Of a DNA stretch of 64,000 bases, positions 40,841-50,300 are shown in pieces; the stretch's first letter is position 1; every line of letters begins with the position of its first letter. Under the pieces are notes generated by a model. That model worked only from the letters and a program-made list of their open reading frames with translations, was not told where the DNA came from and did no database searches. The position numbers were made by a program, and so were the translations under genes. This DNA is from Promethearchaeota archaeon (GTDB taxonomy: Archaea > Asgardarchaeota > Lokiarchaeia > Sigyniarchaeales > SOKP01): positions 32,001-96,000 of the forward strand of contig JBHLLU010000003.1 in NCBI GenBank assembly GCA_048938895.1, in the 5' to 3' direction.

Positions 40841-43800
40841 TTAATCAATCCCTCCTTTAGATTCTTTATATGATTCTGCGGATTCCGATAGAGACTTCTT
40901 TTTCTTACTTTCAATTCCTAGAACATCTCGCATTGATAATCCAAGCAGATCCCATCTATCGCCTAACTGTCTCACCATATATTCTTCTTTTGAAGGATAG
41001 AGTAGTGATTCTGAAATTGTTTTTCTACCCTTGATATCCTTCTTCATCTTTCTTGCTTTCTTAACGAATTTGGGAATCCTAGCTTGCTGGATAGTCCTAT
41101 ATATCGCTAAACTCGCCGTCACTGCAACAACCGCTCCTAAAATCATCAACAAGTAAAAAGTTGGGAAACCAAAAGTTTCATGCATATTAACCACAATAGT
41201 TAATGTTGTAGTAACTGTAGAGAAATTTGGTTTTTCAATTGTAAGCGTTGCAGTATAAGTTGCAGGTACAAAGAATGCATCAGGAATCTTATCAACCTTA
41301 ACTGTGTAAGTTCCATCACCATTAGGAGTGAAATCATAGTCTTCTCCCCTAAATGTTATGTAAACATCTGCTCCTGTTACGGCTACTGAACCATTATTCG
41401 GATCTGTAATTGTTATAGTGAACTCTAATGATTTTCCTGAATCTACTTCAGTTTTAGTCCCCTTAAATTCAGCTGGTAAACTGTAACCAAATACTCTTTT
41501 GTTAATAGTTAAAGATATTATAGCTATTCGATGTTCATAATTCATTTTGTTTAATGTCACAATAACTGAATATTCCCCATCTTCACGTGTTTCTGTATTA
41601 ATGTCTAATACAAAATCGTGACTACTAGTTTCGAAAAGAGTGCCAATTTCTGTAGTACCTGGAATTGGAACTCCAAATTCATCAAGTTTCTGTAAAATAT
41701 AACTTTGTTCATCCAAGTTTGAGATCTTGCTTGATGTGAAAACATCTTCATAGGTAAAAGTGAAATTTATCGCTTCAAAAATGAAAATATTCTCAGAATC
41801 ATATAATATTCCAGATTCTCCGTTAATTTCTGTGGGTCTGGATATAATTTCTATATACATCCCAAAATCTTCAATTTGAGTATAGTTTTCAAGCTTAACT
41901 GTTATGTCAATTCTATATTTACCAACATTAGTTGCATCTGAAGTATCAATTTCAAAAGTATAATATCCCGGTGAAGGACCTGGACTTAACAAACCGGAAC
42001 CGTAATCCCAATCATATATAAATGATTCAGGAGTTAAAGCTGAATTAGTTCCAGTGTCAAAAAATCTGGCCGTAATATTGATAGTAAAACCATAGTATTC
42101 GGAGATTTCATAATCTCCCCCTGTATTTTTAGATAATTCTGACAATGTTGTGTAGTCATGCAATGTTAATCCTGTTGGTTTAGCAAATACAGTGATCCCA
42201 AAATATTCTTCATCTGGATCATTCCAGAATGGCTTATACCCCCTTATAAGTACATAATAGAAATCGCTTTCATATCCTGCTGAGACAATACTGGAGTTTA
42301 CTGTAACAGTAAAATTTCCAGTAGGACCTGGTGCTTGGATCATTGATTTTTCAAACAATGCTACCCCATATTTAGAATAAATAGTCCAAGTTGCTGATGT
42401 GGCAAAACCGTTTCGATTCCAATCACCAATCCAAGATTGACCACTATCATCAGATGTTTCATAAACAAGCGAGAATGACATATTTTGGCCCCAGACAACG
42501 GAAGAAACACCTTGAACGTTTGTAAAATTGGCTATTCGCTGTGTAAAGTTTAAATCCAAGAAAAACACTAATAAAGCGGCTTGTGTTAGACTATAATTAT
42601 AGTAAGGAGTGATGCTCCCTGGCTTTCCTTTATCGGAAGTATTTACAATAAAGGTTTGTGGTTGATTCACTATCCAGAGTGTGAAGTTGTACGCTTGTCC
42701 TGTTAAATACCAAAATCCAAAATCTGTAGTATAAGCCCCATGGGCATATCCAGAGGTGTCCGTTTCCATTTCTATCACATCTTGTGAGGTATTATTCAAT
42801 TGGACTTTCACAGTTACTCCAGTAACGCTTTCTGTCCCTGTATTATCCATAACTCTTATATCTAACTTTGCCATGGTTGTTACTATGAATTCATAGTAAA
42901 TCTGTGGTGGTCCTAAATTAATGACTGTATTAGAACTTAATGGAGTAGGATCACTGTAATAATCAGGATTATCATAATATACTGTATAATTATAACTAGA
43001 TGAAGATATCCAACGGAACGTTGCTTCACCGTTAATATCCAAAGGAATTGTATCTATCACAGGAATACTACTATTACCTACTTCTACATATCCATAATTT
43101 AAAGGATCACCATCAACATCATCCACTTCAAAATCAATTGTCCAAAGATTAACTGTAATATTGGTTGTAATAAATAAACCTTCAAATTCGACTTCACCTC
43201 CAGGACCACTTCTACTATCATATACAATTCTTTCATCTAATCCATTATAGAGTGTATAATTGACTGTTATATTGTAGGAACCGAATGGTACTTTTAAAAA
43301 CTCGACTGAACCATCAGTTAAAGTAAATTTTGTGTATGTAGTACTATCGAGAGTAAGAATATGAGTATTATTTTCCCATAGAGAAACTTCAGCTCCAGGT
43401 ACTAATCTATCATCCTCATCTTTAATGATAATTGTAACTGTAGCCGCACGCTCAACCTCGCTTTGTAACGCTATATCTAAAGTATAATAATTTGCTAACC
43501 ATTCAATTTCATTAGCTGAAAGAGCATAATCAAAGTACCTAACATCGTCTAATAATCCTTGGAAATATTGGTTATTTCTTCCTCCATTAAACGAAGTTGC
43601 TTCTGAACCATCCCCAATAAACCCAAATCTAGTTTCTGAAATGTCTCCTATAGGGAGTCCATTCCAAGCGTCTTTTTGATTATCAAATATTCCGTCTACA
43701 TAAATCTTTTTATCAAATTCTTGGGAATAATCGAAAGTTATAACACAATGATGCCATTCAGCTGGAACATCTTCATCAATTAATGTTAATCCATTAAAGT

Positions 43801-44722
43801 CATCAATACCTCCTACATCATTAGCAGAATCAAATTCAACATGACCATCAGTAGCCATATATCCTGGTTCCCCAGCTGCAAAAGTCATATATTCTGATCT
43901 GTCAAAATCTAATATTGACCATCCGCCTTGATTTAAAGATATCTTTACCCAAGCGGAGGCAGTAAATTCATAAACAGGACCCGTTAATGTTGTAAGAATA
44001 TAATCAGGATCTGCTCCGTTGTAATTAAAAGACATATTTAAGGCAATATATTCATTTGAACCATCCATCGAAATGGCATAATTCCCTTCTAGTTCAGGAG
44101 TTGCAACGAAATCAACATCTTCCATATTGAACATGGTTCCATGGTATAAATTACCCATGGAATCATACACTCTATTCCCAGATCCCTCTTCAAATTCCCA
44201 TCTAGCAATTCCAGCAGGACAATTACTCATATAATAATTTGCCGCTTGACCAATAGTACTATTGCCATAATATAAATATGTATCATAATCAGTTGTACCT
44301 GCTGTGGAATTTACCTCAAACCAGACAGTTGCCCAATCATCACTAGGGAAGTCTTTTTTGATATAATACCTCCTTACTACATCATTTTCTACTATTCTTA
44401 TATCATCTAAATCTTCCTGTAAGTGTCCTGCATTATATAAATTCTTCCAGTTAATCTCAATTTTTACGATATTATCTTCCAAATTAAATGTTCCGGGATT
44501 TGTAATATTAATGCATTGTCTCCATTGAAAAGACACATTCCACCATGGATCTTCACCAATACCATTATTTAACATGGGTAGAATTGGTTTTTCTTGTTCT
44601 TTAGCTTTATCAATTTTCTCTTGCATATTCGGGACCAATGGAATAACAAATAATATAGAACTTATTGTCAGCGTCAGTAACAGTGTTGTTGCGAACTTAT
44701 GTTTAAACATTGTACTTTTCAT
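40841..44722 (-). CDS. Large single-pass cell-surface protein A (DUF2341-like, LamG/ConA-like, Ig-like repeats, TM, cytoplasmic tail)
   Basis: N-terminal hydrophobic signal; WWNVSFQWRQCINITN..YLYYGN; RWEFEEGSG..WHHCVITFD..IYVDG..GLLDDVRYFDYALS; C-terminal TM then an ~80 aa basic tail. Confidence 0.8.
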   Translation of the reverse strand: MKSTMFKHKFATTLLLTLTISSILFVIPLVPNMQEKIDKAKEQEKPILPMLNNGIGEDPWWNVSFQWRQCINITNPGTFNLEDNIVKIEINWKNLYNAGHLQEDLDDIRIVENDVVRRYYIKKDFPSDDWATVWFEVNSTAGTTDYDTYLYYGNSTIGQAANYYMSNCPAGIARWEFEEGSGNRVYDSMGNLYHGTMFNMEDVDFVATPELEGNYAISMDGSNEYIALNMSFNYNGADPDYILTTLTGPVYEFTASAWVKISLNQGGWSILDFDRSEYMTFAAGEPGYMATDGHVEFDSANDVGGIDDFNGLTLIDEDVPAEWHHCVITFDYSQEFDKKIYVDGIFDNQKDAWNGLPIGDISETRFGFIGDGSEATSFNGGRNNQYFQGLLDDVRYFDYALSANEIEWLANYYTLDIALQSEVERAATVTIIIKDEDDRLVPGAEVSLWENNTHILTLDSTTYTKFTLTDGSVEFLKVPFGSYNITVNYTLYNGLDERIVYDSRSGPGGEVEFEGLFITTNITVNLWTIDFEVDDVDGDPLNYGYVEVGNSSIPVIDTIPLDINGEATFRWISSSSYNYTVYYDNPDYYSDPTPLSSNTVINLGPPQIYYEFIVTTMAKLDIRVMDNTGTESVTGVTVKVQLNNTSQDVIEMETDTSGYAHGAYTTDFGFWYLTGQAYNFTLWIVNQPQTFIVNTSDKGKPGSITPYYNYSLTQAALLVFFLDLNFTQRIANFTNVQGVSSVVWGQNMSFSLVYETSDDSGQSWIGDWNRNGFATSATWTIYSKYGVALFEKSMIQAPGPTGNFTVTVNSSIVSAGYESDFYYVLIRGYKPFWNDPDEEYFGITVFAKPTGLTLHDYTTLSELSKNTGGDYEISEYYGFTINITARFFDTGTNSALTPESFIYDWDYGSGLLSPGPSPGYYTFEIDTSDATNVGKYRIDITVKLENYTQIEDFGMYIEIISRPTEINGESGILYDSENIFIFEAINFTFTYEDVFTSSKISNLDEQSYILQKLDEFGVPIPGTTEIGTLFETSSHDFVLDINTETREDGEYSVIVTLNKMNYEHRIAIISLTINKRVFGYSLPAEFKGTKTEVDSGKSLEFTITITDPNNGSVAVTGADVYITFRGEDYDFTPNGDGTYTVKVDKIPDAFFVPATYTATLTIEKPNFSTVTTTLTIVVNMHETFGFPTFYLLMILGAVVAVTASLAIYRTIQQARIPKFVKKARKMKKDIKGRKTISESLLYPSKEEYMVRQLGDRWDLLGLSMRDVLGIESKKKKSLSESAESYKESKGGID

Positions 44723-45184
44723 TTCATATCAATTTTTTTAGTAATTACTTTTTTTAAAAATAGGTTTTCATAAATAATACCAATTCTTGTATTTATTTTT
44801 TTATCTATCAAAATTAATTTGGCATAACAAATTCAAAATCGTCAATAAACGCAACAGAATAGAGCAATAGATCGTGTTCAAAATAATTTTTAAACTTTTG
44901 TTGTTTTACATAATTTTATTAGTTTTTTGATTAAAAAAGGTAATTCCTAAGGTAATATTGTTATCAAAAAAATTATACTTTTCTTGTATAGAGAAAAAGG
45001 GATATTTTTAAAATGAAATTTATAATTCAATAATTACTTTCATCTTCCATATCGCACGTTCTTTAAATCCTAAAAATTTAAATAATTTAATTTAGATTGT
45101 AGATTCAAATAAAAGTTTCAAACTTTTTCATTTATTAATTTAATTCTTAAGATTCGTCTTTTTAATTGTAAGAAGGTATTGTAT

Positions 45185-46225
45185 ATGCTAAGGCAAGTCT
45201 ATATTTTGAAAGAAGGGAACATATTATATAACAAAAATTTTGGAAAATCTCTTTCAATTGAAGATTTCCAAAAGCATATTCAAGAGATTGTTGAAGAGAC
45301 CGAAAAAGGAACAAATTTAGATAGTTATGATTATTTCAAGTATAAAATTGTATATTCTCAAGTAGAAAATGAGGATTTAATGTTTACTTTCGTAACAGAT
45401 ATAAATGATGATGTTAGAAGATCGAAAGAAGAATTAAATAAATTAAAGAAAGAATTTTTAGATACTTTTGGTGATAATTTAGATGGTTTGGATCCAGTAC
45501 TTATGGAGATACTAGCTCCAATTATAGACACCATACATAGAAATCTTAAAACAAAAATATCCTTAGTTGGGTTTTCTGGAGTTGGGAAGACCACCACAAC
45601 GAATCTCATCTGTGCTGATGAAATCCCTTCTGTTCACATCCCTACTATCACGGGGAAAATCTCTACAGTTAAGATTGGCAAGTTATATTTCCATTTATGG
45701 GATTTTGCTGGACAAGAACAGTTTAGTTATCTTTGGAATGATTTTATCCTTGGTAGCGATGCTGTACTTATAATTACAGATTCTACATTAGAAAATGTAG
45801 AAAAAAGTAAATTTTTTATTGAGTTAATAAAGGAACACGCTCCTTATGCTCATACTGCGGTAATAGGTAATAAACAAGATCTGCCTGATGCATTATCTAT
45901 AGAAAAAATCCAAGAGATATCGGGAGTGAAAACATATTCAATGGTAGCAATCGATCCCAACAACAGAGACAAGATGATACAAATTGTAGCAGATATTTTA
46001 GAAATCAACACAGATGTATCTCCATTGTTGAAACCATTATTTGAAAGAGATCAACTTATAAATAAAGCTAGAGAATGTTTGGAAGGTGGTGATATAGCCC
46101 AAACCGCCGAATATTTTGAGAAGATATCAGATCTCTGCCTTGAATTAGGAGATGATACGCTATATAAGGAGTTTGATGAGAAAGCAAGAAAACTCAAGAG
46201 CTATTTAACAAAGAATGAAAATTAA
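45185..46225 (+). CDS. Small GTPase (Arf/Rab-like) with N-terminal longin-like domain and C-terminal helical domain
   Basis: G1 GFSGVGKTT, G2 PTI, G3 WDFAGQE, G4 NKQD; N-terminal VYILKEGNILYNKNF longin pattern. The track starts at TTG 45179. Confidence 0.85.
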   Translation: MLRQVYILKEGNILYNKNFGKSLSIEDFQKHIQEIVEETEKGTNLDSYDYFKYKIVYSQVENEDLMFTFVTDINDDVRRSKEELNKLKKEFLDTFGDNLDGLDPVLMEILAPIIDTIHRNLKTKISLVGFSGVGKTTTTNLICADEIPSVHIPTITGKISTVKIGKLYFHLWDFAGQEQFSYLWNDFILGSDAVLIITDSTLENVEKSKFFIELIKEHAPYAHTAVIGNKQDLPDALSIEKIQEISGVKTYSMVAIDPNNRDKMIQIVADILEINTDVSPLLKPLFERDQLINKARECLEGGDIAQTAEYFEKISDLCLELGDDTLYKEFDEKARKLKSYLTKNEN

Positions 46226-46264
46226 TAATTATAGGTAAAAATAAAATAAAAAAAATAAAAAAAA

Positions 46265-47377
46265 TTATCCTTCTTTCTCTTCTTCTACTTTAATTTCAGC
46301 AGGATGATATGCTTCATCTAGTACATTAAGATACTCTATTAACACTTCACTTGATTTCGATTTCACTTCATACTGATATATTATGGTGTTTAACATATAT
46401 TTAGGATACAGTAAAGAGCTATGGAAATCCGTGAGAAGAGCATAGTATTCTGTTCCTTTTGGATCTTGAAAAACGTGTATCATTTGATTTTCCCATAACT
46501 TCTTTAATCCCGCATCGATATCATCAACCCCTTTTTTCCTAAGTTTCTCTAAGACGTTTTTTGTGACAATAGATATTCTAAGTAATTTTAAAATTTCATA
46601 TACTTGAGGATCTGCAATTATATCATCTAATACTTTCAGATTATCTTCATCTGATGGTCGATATTTTTGAAAGAATTTCTTGACTGCCACATTATAATCT
46701 TCTCTAAATTTTTCAGGAAGTCCTCTTTCAGTAGGATTTTTAAGTAAGGATATGGGAGGTCTCCGAATCATGAATATATCATTAGTGAGAAAAATTAATT
46801 CAGAAGGCATCCCCTTGACTGATGCTTCTTTTATGATGTCCTTTTTGATTAATTCCATAAGAATCGCATCTACATCGAAAAATCCTTCCCGATATCGGTC
46901 TTTTAACCAAATGTTCAATTCCGACTTAGAGATCACGCCTTCATCTCTTAATCTTTTAATAATCAACCTATTTACATCATCAAGGTATGTAATTGCCAAA
47001 TTTTGTTCCCTATTTAAATAGGGATAAGTTGATAGTCTCTGAAATAAGAAGGGGATCATTTCTAAGTATGCCTTATCTTCAAAGTTTTGAAATATCACAC
47101 GTGAAATGTCAGCCAATCCACCTTCGAAGGTATCTGCATCTTCATCTAAGTTAAGAAGTAAGATAATATAGAGAGGTTTATCTCTTCCGGTATAATATGA
47201 AGCAATATTTAGAGGACCCACAAGCAAACTTATCATTCCCGGTTCTCCTGTATACTCATGTGCAGCATATATTTGCATTAATGTTTCTTCACTGATTACT
47301 AATTCATCTGGATATTTTGCAAGGATTTCTGTACTTACTTTAATATCCCATCTCATTAATACTAATCCAATTGGCAT
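46265..47377 (-). CDS. Longin/uDENN-like + tandem winged-helix-like protein, paralog B
   Basis: Colinear and highly similar to 39725-40840 (e.g. LNIASYYTG, IIKRLRDEGV, KEASVKGMPSELIFL, YYALL); TAATG overlap with the upstream gene. Confidence 0.6.
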   Translation of the reverse strand: MPIGLVLMRWDIKVSTEILAKYPDELVISEETLMQIYAAHEYTGEPGMISLLVGPLNIASYYTGRDKPLYIILLLNLDEDADTFEGGLADISRVIFQNFEDKAYLEMIPFLFQRLSTYPYLNREQNLAITYLDDVNRLIIKRLRDEGVISKSELNIWLKDRYREGFFDVDAILMELIKKDIIKEASVKGMPSELIFLTNDIFMIRRPPISLLKNPTERGLPEKFREDYNVAVKKFFQKYRPSDEDNLKVLDDIIADPQVYEILKLLRISIVTKNVLEKLRKKGVDDIDAGLKKLWENQMIHVFQDPKGTEYYALLTDFHSSLLYPKYMLNTIIYQYEVKSKSSEVLIEYLNVLDEAYHPAEIKVEEEKEG

Positions 47378-50300
47378 TAGAACTCTTCACCTCCATTTTT
47401 ATCAATGTTTTTCCCTATCGGTGATTTCTGAGTTTTTGAATCAGCGATTCCTAAAGTTTCATTAAGAGACAGCCCAAGTTCTTTCCAATCATCCCCAAAT
47501 AACTTTGTTATCATCTCTTCTTTAGTAGGAATTGAGAGGGACGCTGGAATTTTCTTCTTTGATTTTATATAACCTTTGATTTTCCTGATTTTCTTTATAT
47601 GTTTAGGAATTCTTGCCTGTTGTATGACCCTGTATGCGACAACACTTCCCACTACTCCAACGATAGCTGCGGTTATTAGAATAAAGTAGAATGTTGGCAT
47701 TCCTGGAAAAATTTCTTCCATCTTCACTACAACTGTTATTGTTATTTCTTGAGTTGTAAAATTTACCATTTCGATAGTCATTTTACCTACAAGAGTTTTG
47801 GATGTGATAAAAGTATCAATATGAGAAGTTGAAATAGTCGCTGTATATATTCCTGACGAAATCTCTGTAAATGGGAAATCAACACCACCTATGTTTAAAA
47901 CGACTTGAGCACTCTCTAAATTAATACTTCCTCGACTAAGGTCTAATAAATTTACTTCAATTTCAGCATCATCTCCTTGATTAACGCTTATATGATTGTT
48001 ACTTCCTAAACCTGTTATAGAAACATCAAATTCTCTTAACTTAATTTTTAAGTTTACAAGGGCAGCTCTAGCTTCATAATTATCCTTTTGAAGATTAACA
48101 TATAGGTAATAAAAACCAACATTTTTAACTTCAGTATTAAAATCTAAAGAATAAGTTCCATCAGGGTTTTCATATAATAATCCAAAACCATCTTTTCCTT
48201 GCTTAATCGTCCCATTATTATATAATTCTTGCCATGTATAAATTGCAACATCTAAATCCCGTAAAAGCTGATTTCCTCCTAAAGTATCAGTGTAAGAGTA
48301 TGTAAAGATTTCAGTATCTTCAACCCATAATTCCACTGTATTATAAGCTAAATCTGTAGTTCCATTAATTGCTGTTGGTCTTTCAACGATATCGAGAAAA
48401 GTTATTATTGTTTGAGATGTAAAATTTTCTCTTGATGCTGTAATAGTTATTGGGTATTTACCAACATTTATAGCTAAGGATGTATCAATCGCACAAGAGT
48501 AGAATCCAGGATATACAAGATCTTTACTAAAATATATGGATGGTTGACTGAGCCAATCAAAAGAAACTGTTGCACCATCTAATGGATCATTTGGGGCTAT
48601 ATAAAATCTCACAGTGATATTAATAATTTCAGTAAATTCTTTTTTATATTCGGATATTACTAGGCGTGTTTCATAATCATATAAGTTTAAGAATGTTGCA
48701 GCTGCATTTACTTGTACTTGTTGATAATAATTTTCTGGGGGTTCATATCCTGGAATACTTCCATCAACTATAAACCAATATTTCTTAAAATCATTCCCTG
48801 CGGACAATTTACTTGAATTAAGAGTAAGAGAATAATTTTTTAGAACCATTCCTTGATAATTTGGTGTTAAATCTGCTGTTAGTACTACCTTCCCTGTCTC
48901 CCAATCTTCTACATAACAAATGAAAGATCCTTCATCAGGAACAAGATTCCAAATACTACCATCAGTTGTATATGATATATTGATAGTCATATGCAAGTCC
49001 CCAATACCCCAAATTGCCTGAGAAATGTCTGTGATCAATTCGATTTGAGTTTCAATTGTAGGTGGTGGAGGAGCCTCTTCATAATCAAGAATAATTGAAG
49101 ATTCTTTGGTCAACGTATAATTGTATATAGAAATTGTTCCAAAAGGCTCCCATTGTTTTGGGGATGTTTCATTAATTTTGAAATCAACGGAATTACCAAT
49201 TCTTCGAAGTGTTATATTATAGCTATATCCAATTAGAAAAATAAATGGTTTATAGGTTTCATCATCATGAGAAGCCCATCCATCATCATTAGTAGTCAAA
49301 GTTGTAATTAAGTTTGTTCCATTCCAAATTTTAACACTAACAAAAGGAACTGGATCAAATGAATAAGCATCGTCAATTACTCTAATATTCATTTTAGCCA
49401 ACGCGTTCTTATTATATATGTTGGTTAATTCTGTTGTGTTGACTTTGATCAAACCAGTGTGTCCACCAACACGATATCCTTGTATATCAACTAAAATCCC
49501 ATATACATCATAATTTTCTGCTTTAAGTTCATCATTATCAATAGTACCAATATCAAATGATTTGAAAAAATCTGTACTTGACATAGTGAGATTTTGATAA
49601 ATTACATTATTTATTGTTTGGTTGTTTTTATCAATATAGTAAATTGTCATATTATCTATTCGATCTTGCATATTTTCAAGTGTTATATTGAAATTAACCA
49701 ATTTTTTATGACTAAATTCATCCATCGATCCCCCTGTATAGATTCGTTCATAAACCCTATAATAATTTCCAGGATCTTGGTCATAGGTATTAAGCGGTAA
49801 AGCATGATCATAATATTTCTCGTTTTGTACGTAATTAGTTCGGTAAATGAAACTTGAATTCAAAAGGAAATCATTGATACTATATTTTGTATTATAAAAA
49901 TAAACTTCATAATAGTAAAATGATGCATTGTTCCATTGAAACCTTGCGGTCCCATTAACTAGAGAAATCTTTTTCAAAAGAGTCCCTTCCTTATCATCAA
50001 AAATTTTAATATATCCATCACCTAAAAGATCATCATCCCAATCTACTATCTCAAAATCTATCGTCCAAATATCTACATCTAAAATAAACGTGTGAGATAA
50101 ATCAGATACATTATATAAATTCCATTTAGACGTCCCAAAATTATCTCTTGTACTATTGAATACTACATTTTCATAGCTGGGAGTAAATATATAATCCACA
50201 GTGAAATTATATATCCCAAAATTTAGATTTGTAAAAATAGTTTTTCCAGATTCATCTGTAGTTTGCTGTTTTATAATATTACTGTCTTGTACTAGTGATA

